DNA of 62,790 bases from Alphaproteobacteria bacterium (GCA_014237925.1 JABACB010000002.1:62028-124817), one strand, 5' to 3'. Counted from the stretch's first letter, positions 38,547 to 48,353 are shown. Notes: generated from the letters alone by a model not told the origin. Made by a program: numbers and translations.

Positions 38547-39344
38547 ATGCGCGAGATCGTCGTCGATACGGAAACAACGGGGCTGGAGGCACAGCAAGGG
38601 CACAAGATCGTCGAGATCGGCTGCGTCGAGCTGCAGCGTTCGGTGCCTACGGGAAACGAGTTCCATCGCTATCTCAACCCTGAACGCGACATTCCTGAAA
38701 GCGCGCGCGAGATCCACGGCATCGACGAGGACTTCGTCAAGACCATGCCGCGCTTTGGCGATATCGCTTTGGACTTGTTGGATTTTTTTGGCGACGCGAT
38801 CTTGGTGATGCACAACGCTCCCTTCGACTTGGGCTTTCTCAACGCCGAGCTCGAACATTGTGCGAGGCCTCCTCTTGCGAACTCCGTTTGCGACACGCTC
38901 GTGCTGGCTCAGGATCGTTTCCGTGGCGAGCGCGTCGGCTTGGACGCGCTCTGTCGCCGTTACAGAATCGATCTCTCCGAGCGCGAACGGCATGGTGCGC
39001 TGATCGATGCGCGTCTGCTCGCCAAGGTCTATTTGGAGCTCTGCGGCGGCAGGCAACAAGGGATAGGGTTTGCCGCCCCGCAGCCCGTCCCTGTTTCTGG
39101 CTCTATTTCCAGTTCTGGCTCTGTCGAGACGAGCGAACAATCGAGCTCGTCTGAGACTGAGAGCAGGCAGGCATCAGAGCAAGAGTCAAAGCAAGAGTCG
39201 AAGACAGAGTCGAAGCAAGAGTCGAAGACAGAGTCAAAGCAAGAGCAGCGCGAGCGTCCGCCTTTTCGCGTCTTGCCCGCAAGCCCCGAAGAGAAGGAGG
39301 CGCATCTCGCGCTGCTTGCCAAGATCGAACAGAAACAACCCTAA
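38547..39344 (+). CDS. dnaQ: DNA polymerase III epsilon subunit
   Basis: DTETTG, HNAPFD, HGALIDA, ELCGGRQ; C-terminal PASPEEKEAH. Confidence 0.97.
   Translation: MREIVVDTETTGLEAQQGHKIVEIGCVELQRSVPTGNEFHRYLNPERDIPESAREIHGIDEDFVKTMPRFGDIALDLLDFFGDAILVMHNAPFDLGFLNAELEHCARPPLANSVCDTLVLAQDRFRGERVGLDALCRRYRIDLSERERHGALIDARLLAKVYLELCGGRQQGIGFAAPQPVPVSGSISSSGSVETSEQSSSSETESRQASEQESKQESKTESKQESKTESKQEQRERPPFRVLPASPEEKEAHLALLAKIEQKQP
39181..39240. repeat. 12-bp tandem repeat x5 encoding (ESKQ/ESKT) in the DnaQ linker
   Basis: Each unit contains GAGTC. Confidence 0.93.
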
Positions 39345-39375
39345 GTTTCTCTCGACGCGTACAGACTCGTTCCCG

Positions 39376-40128
39376 TCAGGCTTTCGTGCGGCGGCGAGAA
39401 GTTGTGCCGATCGTTTTTCTTTGAGCGATCTTTTTTCCGCTCGCAGGCGGCGGGGGTTGCACGATGCCGAACGAGAACACCATTTTCACCGCGTCTTCCA
39501 CCTTCATGTCGAGATCGATCGTCTCTTCCTTTGGAAAGAAGACGATGAAGCCCGAGGTCGGGTTCGGCGTCGTCGGCACGAAGACGACGCGCATGGCGCG
39601 GATTCCGACCTTCTTGGATACTTCAGGAATGCTCTCGGCGGTCAGGAAGCCGATCGTCCAGCAGCCCTTGCGCGGATACTGTACCAGAACGGCTTTGCGG
39701 AACGCGATCTTCTTGTCGGGGCGAAAGAGCGTTGCGAAGATTTGTTTTGTCGTCGAATAGATCTTCGGCAACAGCGGCGTGTGTTGCAAAACACGCTCGA
39801 TACGCCCCAAGATCCACGCGCCGATGAGCCCGCGCGCGAAGATGCCGATGACCATCGTTGCAACGAAAAAGATGACGATGCCCGCCCCTGGAATGTCGCG
39901 CACCGGATCGATGCCGATATGTTCCAGCGCCCATGCAGACAGCTGGTAAGGGATCAAGGGGGCGATGCGCGAATCGATGAAAAAAACAAGCCAGCGCACG
40001 ATCACGAAGGTGAAGACGAAGGGCATCAGCACGATGAGCCCTGCAAAGAAGTTGCGACGCATGTAGCCGCCCACGCCGAAGGAAGGGCGACGCGGTTTTT
40101 TAGCCAGTCTTCTGCGTTGTGCGCTCAT
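39376..40128 (-). CDS. DUF502 family membrane protein
   Basis: FFAGL, PLLPKIYST, VQYPR, FVPTTPNPTSGF, VFSFG. Confidence 0.93.
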   Translation of the reverse strand: MSAQRRRLAKKPRRPSFGVGGYMRRNFFAGLIVLMPFVFTFVIVRWLVFFIDSRIAPLIPYQLSAWALEHIGIDPVRDIPGAGIVIFFVATMVIGIFARGLIGAWILGRIERVLQHTPLLPKIYSTTKQIFATLFRPDKKIAFRKAVLVQYPRKGCWTIGFLTAESIPEVSKKVGIRAMRVVFVPTTPNPTSGFIVFFPKEETIDLDMKVEDAVKMVFSFGIVQPPPPASGKKIAQRKTIGTTSRRRTKA

Positions 40129-41090
40129 TGCTTCGAAGGGGAGAAGCCTTGCTGGGTTATTTGCAAAAACACCTCTTCCAACGAGGGCTCTTTCGTCGTC
40201 AAGTCTTGGATGCTGACATCGTTGCCGTCGACAGCTGCCAGCAGTTCGGCAACGGCGACCTTCTGCGGGTTGTAGCAGATCTCGACGCTGTGGCTTGTGC
40301 AGGCGACGATGTGCGCGTGTTCAGGAAGACGCAGGGTTTTTTGCATCTTGGGACGTTCCTTGCCGCGAAAGGTGATATGCAGCGATTTCGTCGCCAAGCG
40401 CGCGATCAGAGTCGATGTTTTGTCGTAGGCGACGATCTTGCCGCGGTCGATGATCGCGATCTTTTCGCACAAGGCTTCGGCTTCCTCCAAGTAGTGCGTC
40501 GTCAGCAGGATCGTCGTACCTTCGGCGTGCATCTCTTGCACGAAGGCCCACAGGTGCTTGCGAAACATGACATCGACGCCTGCCGTAGGTTCGTCCAAGA
40601 CGAGAATCGGAGGACGATGCACCAAAGCTTTGGCGACCATCATCCGTCGCTTCATGCCGCCTGAAAGCGAACGCGAATACACATGCTTCTTGTCGCCCAA
40701 GCCCAGCCTTTCCAGCAGCGTGTCGTTCCATCGTTCGGAGCGCCGCAAGCCGTAGAGCCCCGCGCACAGCTCCAGCATGGCGTAGGGGGTGAAGAAGGGA
40801 TCCATATACACTTCCTGCGGCACGATGCCGATGGCAGCCCGCGCGTTGCGCGGATCCTTGTCTACATCGCGTCCCCACAGCGAAACTTTTCCGCTGTCCT
40901 TCAACACCAGTCCGCCCAAAATGTTGATCAGCGTCGACTTGCCCGCTCCGTTCGGTCCCAACAGCCCGATGAAGGCGCCAGGAGCGACGCGCAACGAAAC
41001 ATCGTCCAGCGCCACAAGATCGGAGCCGTAGCGCTTCGTCGTACGCTCGATCGAAATCGCCGCGGCGACAGAGGGGAGGGGGAGGTTCAT
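40125..41090 (-). CDS. ABC transporter ATP-binding protein (YadG/DrrA-like)
   Basis: GPNGAGKST, LSGGMKRR, LDEPTAGVD, TTHYLEEAE. Confidence 0.95.
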   Translation of the reverse strand: MNLPLPSVAAAISIERTTKRYGSDLVALDDVSLRVAPGAFIGLLGPNGAGKSTLINILGGLVLKDSGKVSLWGRDVDKDPRNARAAIGIVPQEVYMDPFFTPYAMLELCAGLYGLRRSERWNDTLLERLGLGDKKHVYSRSLSGGMKRRMMVAKALVHRPPILVLDEPTAGVDVMFRKHLWAFVQEMHAEGTTILLTTHYLEEAEALCEKIAIIDRGKIVAYDKTSTLIARLATKSLHITFRGKERPKMQKTLRLPEHAHIVACTSHSVEICYNPQKVAVAELLAAVDGNDVSIQDLTTKEPSLEEVFLQITQQGFSPSKQ

Positions 41091-41171
41091 GGAATCTCGC
41101 TGTTGTTGTACGCTCCGTCTCGTATAATGCACACGGTCGCAGATAGGAAGCAAGACCGACGGAGCAAAGGC

Positions 41172-41408
41172 ATGCAACAAGACACCAACGAAGATCCAAT
41201 CAAGGAAGAAACGAAGAAAATGACGAAGGAAGAAACGAAGAAAATGACGAAGGAAGTAACGAAGCCTGAAGCCAACACGCGAGTGCAAAAAGTGCGCTGC
41301 AACGGCGACGCTCAAGGCAGCGGACATCCTGTCGTCTACCTCTCGTTGAACGACGAGGGATTTGTCGTCTGCCCTTACTGCTCGCAGCGCTTCGGCGACA
41401 ATTCCTAA
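41172..41408 (+). CDS. zf-CHCC zinc-finger protein
   Basis: C..G....GHPVVYL......CPYC. The N-terminus is lengthened by a 24-bp repeat (41205-41264). Confidence 0.9.
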   Translation: MQQDTNEDPIKEETKKMTKEETKKMTKEVTKPEANTRVQKVRCNGDAQGSGHPVVYLSLNDEGFVVCPYCSQRFGDNS

Positions 41409-41426
41409 ACGCTATCCTCGAACATT

Positions 41427-42290
41427 ATGCTCACCCCGAACGCTGTGCAAACATTGGAGCGAACATTGGAGCGAAAGCGATTCGCCGCCCTCGATGCCCT
41501 GTGCTACGGCGGAACGAAGACGCCGCCCTCGTCTCCGCCATCTTCCCTTCTCGTCGTCTTTCACGGCTACGGGGCGACGGCAGAAGACTTGCTCCCTCTT
41601 GCCCCCTCGTTTGCGCACGCCATGCCTGAGACGGTGCAAGTCTTTCTGCAAGCGCCCGAGCCTTGCTTGGCAGGCGGGCTTGCCACAGGACGCGCGTGGT
41701 TTCCGTTGCAGCTCTTGTCTTACGAAGAGATCGTTTCAGGGCTGCAGGCGGTCGAAGGTTCTGTCGCAGAGGCGCTGGACAAGATCGGCAAGCACTATGG
41801 TGTCTCTTCCCGTCGTATCGCTCTGTTCGGCTTCAGTCAGGGCGGCATGGTCGCCTTGCAAGCTGCGTGCAACGCAGGGCATGCCTGGCTTGCAACCGTC
41901 GGCGTGGCGACGCGATTCGTCGAGCCGTGCGATATGAAAACAAGCGCGCCCAACAAAGGCACGCCCCTGATGATGATCCACGGCGAAGACGACACCCTCG
42001 TGCCATTCCAGCAGGGCTTGAAGACAGCCTCCGCACTGCGTGAGAAGGGCTACGACATCGCATGGCTTGCACGACCAGGGATGGGACACGCCATCGACGA
42101 GACGGCATTGGAAAGCGCCTGCAACTTCTTGGGGACGCACGCGCGCAAGACGACAAAGGAGCAGACGCGAAAACAACAGACGCAAACAGAGAAAACACAA
42201 ACAGAGAGGACCCAAACGGAAATGACACGAGCAGAAATGACCCAAACGGAAATGACACAAGCGGAAACGACACGAGCGGAGGTCTTGTGA
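41427..42290 (+). CDS. Phospholipase/carboxylesterase (alpha/beta hydrolase)
   Basis: FHGYG, GFSQGG nucleophile elbow, HGEDD..VP, GMGHAI. Confidence 0.93.
   Translation: MLTPNAVQTLERTLERKRFAALDALCYGGTKTPPSSPPSSLLVVFHGYGATAEDLLPLAPSFAHAMPETVQVFLQAPEPCLAGGLATGRAWFPLQLLSYEEIVSGLQAVEGSVAEALDKIGKHYGVSSRRIALFGFSQGGMVALQAACNAGHAWLATVGVATRFVEPCDMKTSAPNKGTPLMMIHGEDDTLVPFQQGLKTASALREKGYDIAWLARPGMGHAIDETALESACNFLGTHARKTTKEQTRKQQTQTEKTQTERTQTEMTRAEMTQTEMTQAETTRAEVL
42180..42284. repeat. 15-bp tandem repeat x7 encoding a (TQTEM)n tail
   Basis: 15-bp period read directly. Confidence 0.9.
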
Positions 42291-43009
42291 GCGCAACATC
42301 AAGACAGGCGGGGGAGCTGCGACTGGTTTCCTTTGCGCCCGATGTCGCGCTTCACGCCGAAGGATCGTGCCTCGCCTCCTTCGGCAGAACGCGCGTCTTG
42401 TGTACTGCCAGCGTCGAGGATTCTGTTCCTTCGTTTCTGCGCGATCTCGGCGAGGGGTGGATCACGGCGGAATACTCCATGCTGCCGCGTGCAACGCACA
42501 GGCGCAACGCACGCGCGAAGACGCTAGCGGCGGGACGCACGATGGAGATACAACGTTTGATCGGACGCTCCTTGCGTTGTGTGACCGATCGCAGCCTTTT
42601 TGCCAATCAGCAGATCAGGATCGATTGCGATGTGTTGGACGCCGACGGCGGAACGCGTACCGCAGCACTCAGCGGTGCTTGCGTCGCTTTGAGCATCGCT
42701 TTCAGAAGGTTGCAAGCGTTGGGGGCGATCGACCGAAACCCTCTGTTGAAGCTGGTGGCGGGCGTCTCCTGTGTACTCAAGCAGGACGGCAGCCTGCAGA
42801 TCGATCCTACCTATCGTCAAGATTCGCAAGCTTTCGCCGATGCCAACTTCGCCGTCACCGAGGAGGGCGAGCTGGTCGAGGTGCAAATGGCGGCGGAGCG
42901 CAGCCCTGTCTCACGGCAAACCCTTGAGAAGATGCTCGACTTGGCACGCGACGCCGCGAACGCGATCACGCGTCTGCAGCGTGCGGCAATCGAAGCCGCG
43001 CAAAAATAA
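42287..43009 (+). CDS. rph: Ribonuclease PH
   Basis: GWITAEYSMLPRAT, EIQRLIGRSLR, DCDVLDADGGTRTA; GTGA overlap. Confidence 0.96.
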   Translation: MSATSRQAGELRLVSFAPDVALHAEGSCLASFGRTRVLCTASVEDSVPSFLRDLGEGWITAEYSMLPRATHRRNARAKTLAAGRTMEIQRLIGRSLRCVTDRSLFANQQIRIDCDVLDADGGTRTAALSGACVALSIAFRRLQALGAIDRNPLLKLVAGVSCVLKQDGSLQIDPTYRQDSQAFADANFAVTEEGELVEVQMAAERSPVSRQTLEKMLDLARDAANAITRLQRAAIEAAQK

Positions 43010-43102
43010 ACGAAGAATAAACGAAGAATACAAGAAGGGTAGAGAAGAAGGATAGAAGCCGAACTGAGGGGCTGGTGAGGGCTCTCGTTACGCTCGTGTC
43101 GT

Positions 43103-43819
43103 ATGCAAGGATGGTTTTACGAAAAGGGGGGGAAGTCGCAGCTGGTGATCGCAACGGGCAACCGAGGAAAATTTGTCGAGATCGCAGACTTGCTGAAGCC
43201 CTTTGTTTCCGACATCCGCCCTTGGAACGCGTTCGGCGTAGCGAAGGTGGAGGAGACGGGCGCAACCTACGCCGAGAACGCTCTGATCAAAGCGCGTGCT
43301 GCCTTCCAGCGTAGCGGACGGGCAAGGGGATTTGCCACTCTTGCCGACGATTCGGGGTTCGAGGTCGAAGCGCTGGACGGGAAACCAGGCTTGCTTTCGG
43401 CAAGATGGGCGGAGGGGCAAGATCAGGAGCAGGAGCAGGAGCAGGATCAGGAGCAGGAGCAGGGGGGGAATAATGGCACGCGCGACTTTGCGCGTGCTAT
43501 CGAGCGCGTTCGATGTGAGATGCTAGCGCGCTCGTATAAAGAATCGTCTGCACGGTTCGTTTGTGCGCTTGCGCTTGTGCGCAGCGACGGTGCGGAGCGT
43601 GTTGTCGAGGGCGAGGTGCAGGGAAGGGTTGTTTTTCCACCGCGCGGCGGGCGGGGATTTGGCTATGACCCTATTTTCGTGCCTTTCGTTACGGGGGACG
43701 ACCGAACTTTCGGCGAGATGGAGCGCGAAGAGAAGCAATGTATTAGTCATCGTGCGCAGGCTTTTCGTCGTTTGGGCGAAGATTGTTTTGCGCAAGAGAT
43801 CCGTCAGGAGATTGGCTAA
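43103..43819 (+). CDS. rdgB: Non-canonical purine NTP pyrophosphatase with a (QE)n insert
   Basis: ATGNRGK, ENALIKA, ADDSG, GFGYDP, SHRAQA. Confidence 0.96.
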   Translation: MQGWFYEKGGKSQLVIATGNRGKFVEIADLLKPFVSDIRPWNAFGVAKVEETGATYAENALIKARAAFQRSGRARGFATLADDSGFEVEALDGKPGLLSARWAEGQDQEQEQEQDQEQEQGGNNGTRDFARAIERVRCEMLARSYKESSARFVCALALVRSDGAERVVEGEVQGRVVFPPRGGRGFGYDPIFVPFVTGDDRTFGEMEREEKQCISHRAQAFRRLGEDCFAQEIRQEIG

Positions 43820-44003
43820 AAAATCTGCCGAAAGATTTGCCGAAAACCACGCGCTCGCTACGGGATTTTGCGCGAGGAAACTTCCCGCATCCCCCCGCAC
43901 TCTCCATGCGTGCGCGACAACCTCTTTCCGTCCTTAACAATCCCTTTGCTTGTTCGCAGTCTCTGTTTTCGCAAACCCATACGCAGCTCCCCAAAGCAAA
44001 ACG

Positions 44004-45257
44004 ATGCCTACTTCTTCTTCCACCTGCGCGCGCGACCTTTCGCTCTACATCCACTTCCCCTTCTGCGAACGGAAATGCCCCTATTGCGACTTCAACTCGC
44101 ACGAACGCACCACCATTCCCGAAGACGCCTATGTCGACGCTGTCTTGTGGCGTTTGCAAAACCTCAGCCGCGACCGAACGATACAAAGCGGTAAGTGCCT
44201 TGTGCGCTCGATCTTCTTCGGCGGCGGCACGCCCTCGCTCCTCTCGCCACACGCCGTAGGCAATATCCTCGAAGGCGCGGACAAAAACTTTCGCATCGCG
44301 CAAGACTGCGAAATCACCCTGGAGGCGAATCCTTCCAGCGCGGAAAAAAACAAGTTCGCCGAATGGAAAAAGGCGGGTGTCAATCGTGTCTCGCTCGGCG
44401 TGCAGTCCTTCGACGACAACGCGTTGCGTTTCTTGGGAAGACTCCACGACGCACGACAGGCGCGCGCCGCGCTCGAGCGAGCCGCCAGCCTGTTTGCGCG
44501 CTTCTCCTTCGACCTCATCACAGCTCTGCCACAACAAAGCGACGAGGCGGTCAAGCGCGAGCTCGCTTGCGCCGCACGCTTTGGCGCAGAGCATCTTTGC
44601 GTCTATCAACTGACGATCGAAAAAGCGACCGCCTTCTATCGTGCCGAAGCCAACGGCTTGCTCACCTTGCCCTCGCAGGCGCACGCAGCGCGCCTCTATC
44701 GGCTTGTCGAACAAGAGCTGGCGGCGCAAGGCTACGCCAGCTACGAAATCTCCAGCCACGCCCTCGGCATCGCGTCGCAATCGCGTCACAACCTCGTCTA
44801 TTGGCGGAGCGGCGACTGGCTGGGAATAGGACCAGGGGCGCACGGACGCATCACGCGCTCAAAGCGAAGCATCGCAACTCGAATCGCAACTTTGGAGACG
44901 CGCGACCCCGACCGATGGCTCAAGCAAGCGCAGGCAAGAGACGGACGCATCGAAAAACGCATCCTCCTCTCGCCAGAAGAGGCAGCGCAAGAGCGCGTGA
45001 TGATGGGACTGCGCCTCAAGGAAGGCGTGCCGCTCGCGTTGTTCGACGAAACGAAACAAGCGCGCATCGTCGATCTGTGCAAGGCGGGCTATTGTGAAAA
45101 AACTTTGCTACGACTAAACTTGACGACAGAAGGAAGTTTGCGACTCGATTCGATCGTAGCCTGTCTGCTCGCCGACAGCGCGTCTCTCTACCAAGAGACG
45201 CCGACAGTCGAAAAGGCTGACAGCTTCAAGCCGAACGAACGCGAGAACGAACATTGA
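44004..45257 (+). CDS. hemW: Radical SAM heme chaperone (start 44004 or TTG 43950)
   Basis: YIHFPFCERKCPYCDFNS, FFGGGTPS, NRVSLGVQS, HNLVYW. Confidence 0.95.
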   Translation: MPTSSSTCARDLSLYIHFPFCERKCPYCDFNSHERTTIPEDAYVDAVLWRLQNLSRDRTIQSGKCLVRSIFFGGGTPSLLSPHAVGNILEGADKNFRIAQDCEITLEANPSSAEKNKFAEWKKAGVNRVSLGVQSFDDNALRFLGRLHDARQARAALERAASLFARFSFDLITALPQQSDEAVKRELACAARFGAEHLCVYQLTIEKATAFYRAEANGLLTLPSQAHAARLYRLVEQELAAQGYASYEISSHALGIASQSRHNLVYWRSGDWLGIGPGAHGRITRSKRSIATRIATLETRDPDRWLKQAQARDGRIEKRILLSPEEAAQERVMMGLRLKEGVPLALFDETKQARIVDLCKAGYCEKTLLRLNLTTEGSLRLDSIVACLLADSASLYQETPTVEKADSFKPNERENEH

Positions 45258-45275
45258 GAAAACATTTAGGAACCT

Positions 45276-45887
45276 ATGTCGCAGCATCAGTCCGTACCCC
45301 AGCCCTCCGTATCTCAGCCCTCTGCATCTCAGTCCTCCATGGATCAACCTGAGAGTTTGCAGCCTGTCGAGGACAGATCGCTTTGCGCGCAGGGCAGAAG
45401 CGTCTTCGAGCATGCCGACCTTGTCGAGTGCGGGATGGGAAAGCTTTTCGGCAAGGGCAACGCGCAGCTGCCGTTGGCGCCGATGCTGATGTTCGAGCGA
45501 ATCTCCGATATTTCCGACAAGGGCGGAAAGTTCGCGCACGGCGCGGTCGCGGCGGAGATGACGATCTCCTCCGACATGTGGTTTTTCGCCTGCCACTTCT
45601 ACAAGGATGCCGTCATGCCGGGGTGCCTCGGGCTCGACGCACTGTGGCAGCTGCTGGGATTCCACCTCGCATGGCTCGGACACAAGGGCAGAGGCAGAGC
45701 CTTGGGCGTCGAGGGCATTCGATTTCGAGAACAAGTCTTGCCCTCGACAACACTAGTCTCCTACCAATTGCACATCAGGCGCATCATTAGCGGCAGGCTG
45801 GTCATGGGCATCGCCGACGGCGTGTTGCAAGCCGACGGCGTCGTGTCGCTCACGGCGAAGGGCTTGCGCGTAGGATTGTTCCACTGA
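45276..45887 (+). CDS. fabA: 3-hydroxyacyl-ACP dehydratase/isomerase
   Basis: [26 protein letters not shown]. Confidence 0.96.
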   Translation: MSQHQSVPQPSVSQPSASQSSMDQPESLQPVEDRSLCAQGRSVFEHADLVECGMGKLFGKGNAQLPLAPMLMFERISDISDKGGKFAHGAVAAEMTISSDMWFFACHFYKDAVMPGCLGLDALWQLLGFHLAWLGHKGRGRALGVEGIRFREQVLPSTTLVSYQLHIRRIISGRLVMGIADGVLQADGVVSLTAKGLRVGLFH

Positions 45888-45910
45888 CACAACAACAAGG
45901 AGGAAAGAGT

Positions 45911-47146
45911 ATGCGCAGGGTTGTCGTAACAGGGCTGGGAATCGTCAGCTGCATCGGATGCGATCCTTCGACGGTCGTAACCTCGTTGCACGAGGCGAAG
46001 GCGGGCATTCGGTTTGCGCCCGATCACGCAGAACGCGGCTTTCGCTCATGCGTCTATGGTGCCGTCGACATCGATTTGGACGCGTTGGTCGAGCGCAGGT
46101 GGCGACGGTTCATGGGCGACGGTACCGCTTATGCCGCCATTGCCATGGGCGAGGCGATGAAGGATGCGAAGTTGGAGAAGGGAGACATCTCGGACCCCAA
46201 GATCGGGATCGTCGTCGGATCGGGAGGACCTTCGACCTTCAATCTGCTTTCTTCCTTCAACAGCTTGGAGAAGCACCGAACGACGCGGCGCATCGGTCCG
46301 TTCATGGTACCGCGCACGATGTCCTCGACGAGCTCGGCGGTGCTGGCGACCGCCCACGGCATTCGCGGAATCAACTATTCGATCAGCTCGGCGTGCGCGA
46401 CCAGCGCGCACTGCATCGGCAACGCCGCCGAGATGATTCAGTGGGGCAAGCAAGACGCCGTCTTCGCCGGCGGCTGCGAAGAGCTGCATTGGAGCATGAG
46501 CTGCCTGTTCGACGCCATGGGCGCACTCTCCTCCCAGCACAACGAAACCCCTCTCACTGCATCGCGTGCCTTCGATGCAACAAGGGACGGCTTCGTCATC
46601 GCGGGCGGAGCAGCGATCGTGCTGTTGGAAGAAGCGGAGCGCGCACAAAAAAGGGGCGCGAAGATCTACGCCGAGCTCACGGGCTACGGCGCGACTTCCG
46701 ACGGCGCCGATATGGTGCAGCCCTCAGGAGAAGGCGCCAAACGATGCATGGAGCAAGCTCTGGCGGGAGTGCGCAACCCTGTCGAGTATGTGAATGCGCA
46801 CGGCACCTCCACGCCCGTCGGAGACGCGGTCGAGTGTCGCGTGATCGACGAGCTCTTTCGCACGCGACAGCCCGAAGCCATGCCCTTTCTGGGCTCGACC
46901 AAATCGCTGACCGGACACTCGCTGGGCGCGGCAGGGGCGCAGGAAGCCGTCTATACGCTGCTGATGATGGAAAACAGCTTCATGGGCGCATCGGCGAACA
47001 TCCAAACCCTCGACGAGACCATCGCTTCCTACAAGATCGCAGACTCTATCCTGCTGAAACGGCGCGACGCACCCTTCAAGTGCGCCATGAGCAACTCGTT
47101 CGGATTCGGCGGCACAAACGCAGCCCTCGTCTTTGAAAAGGTGTGA
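45911..47146 (+). CDS. fabB: Beta-ketoacyl-ACP synthase I
   Basis: [38 protein letters not shown]. Confidence 0.97.
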   Translation: MRRVVVTGLGIVSCIGCDPSTVVTSLHEAKAGIRFAPDHAERGFRSCVYGAVDIDLDALVERRWRRFMGDGTAYAAIAMGEAMKDAKLEKGDISDPKIGIVVGSGGPSTFNLLSSFNSLEKHRTTRRIGPFMVPRTMSSTSSAVLATAHGIRGINYSISSACATSAHCIGNAAEMIQWGKQDAVFAGGCEELHWSMSCLFDAMGALSSQHNETPLTASRAFDATRDGFVIAGGAAIVLLEEAERAQKRGAKIYAELTGYGATSDGADMVQPSGEGAKRCMEQALAGVRNPVEYVNAHGTSTPVGDAVECRVIDELFRTRQPEAMPFLGSTKSLTGHSLGAAGAQEAVYTLLMMENSFMGASANIQTLDETIASYKIADSILLKRRDAPFKCAMSNSFGFGGTNAALVFEKV

Positions 47147-47182
47147 CGGATGAAAGCCTCGTCTCAATAAGCGCAAAGAACA

Positions 47183-48208
47183 TTAGCGCAAAACATCCTT
47201 GTTCGATCGCGCCGAGGATTGGGGATGCGATGGCGCAAGGAATTGAGATTGAGATTGAGGATGGGCAGCGCGGTGCTGTTCGACAAGGTGGGCCATATCG
47301 ACCTCCGTATAACGCTGCGTGGCTTTAAGCGAGCTGTGTCCGAGAAGTTTTTGGATAGAGCGCAAGTCTCCCCCCTCCTCCATCAAATGCGTCGCAAAGG
47401 AATGGCGTAGCGCGTGCGGGGTTGCGCTCTGCGGCAAGCCTTGCTGTTCGCGCAAAATCTTCATGCGTTTTTGCACGACGCGCGGATGCAGCCTTTCGCC
47501 GCGAGCTCCGCGAAAGAAGGGTTGCTCGGAAGTTCGCTCGGAAACATGCGTCTTGGTATCGGGACGCTGCTCGCGGTAGTCTTTCAAGGCATCGCACACG
47601 CGCGGCAAGACAGGCACGAGGCGCACCTTGTCGCCTTTGCCGTGGATGCGCAAGCGACGGGGTGTTTCTTTTGTCATGCGTAAGATCTCCTCGTCGTCGA
47701 GCGCGAGGGCTTCGGAGATACGCAGTCCCGCGCCGTAGAGCAGCGTCAGCAGCGCGACATCGCGCGCCTTGACCCAGTCTTGCTGTTCGGCGCACATTCC
47801 CGCTGCTACGATCAGCGCGTGCGTGCGCTCTTGCGAAAGGGGATAGGGCGGCGGCAACTGATGCGGAGGGCGGCGCACGCGAAGGGCGGCGGAGCAGGAG
47901 ATGTTGTAGAGGGTTTGTAGCCTGCGCACAAAGCCTTTTAAAGCCGAAAGTGCGCGAGCAACCGATTGCGCTTGCAAACCCTGTGCGCGCAGTTGCGCCA
48001 TCCACCCGCGCAAGTCTCGCTCTTCGATCTCCGACCATGCCGCCAAGGGGATAGAGCTACCACGGTGGTTTGTGAGAAAACGATCGAAAGCAAGAAGGTC
48101 GCGGCGATAGGCTGAGAGCGTGTGCGGGCTGAGGCGTCGCTCGCTTTCGAGATGGCGACAATAGTCTTCGAGGGCGACGGAAAAGGGAGGGGGCGATGCT
48201 TGGGACAC
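47183..48208 (-). CDS. xerC: Tyrosine recombinase XerC
   Basis: LLYGAGLRISE, GKGDK, TPHALRHSFATHL, LLGH, TQRYT; no integron-integrase insert seen. Confidence 0.9.
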   Translation of the reverse strand: MSQASPPPFSVALEDYCRHLESERRLSPHTLSAYRRDLLAFDRFLTNHRGSSIPLAAWSEIEERDLRGWMAQLRAQGLQAQSVARALSALKGFVRRLQTLYNISCSAALRVRRPPHQLPPPYPLSQERTHALIVAAGMCAEQQDWVKARDVALLTLLYGAGLRISEALALDDEEILRMTKETPRRLRIHGKGDKVRLVPVLPRVCDALKDYREQRPDTKTHVSERTSEQPFFRGARGERLHPRVVQKRMKILREQQGLPQSATPHALRHSFATHLMEEGGDLRSIQKLLGHSSLKATQRYTEVDMAHLVEQHRAAHPQSQSQFLAPSHPQSSARSNKDVLR

Positions 48209-48248
48209 AGAACAGGAGGGGCAAAAATCGCGCCAATCTTACTTTTTG

Positions 48249-48353
48249 TAACGATAGAAACGCAAGATAGCAAGTCTCGTGCGTGTTTGTTGCGTGAGCG
48301 CTATCCAAAAAGCACGAGCGCTAGCGTAGCAGATATATCATGCCGCAACGGAC
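48249..48353. repeat. Direct repeat copy 1 (~105 bp, internally palindromic)
   Basis: Core 48249-48326 matches 49012-49093 at 75/78 nt plus one 4-bp indel; the degenerate tail aligns without gaps. Confidence 0.93.
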
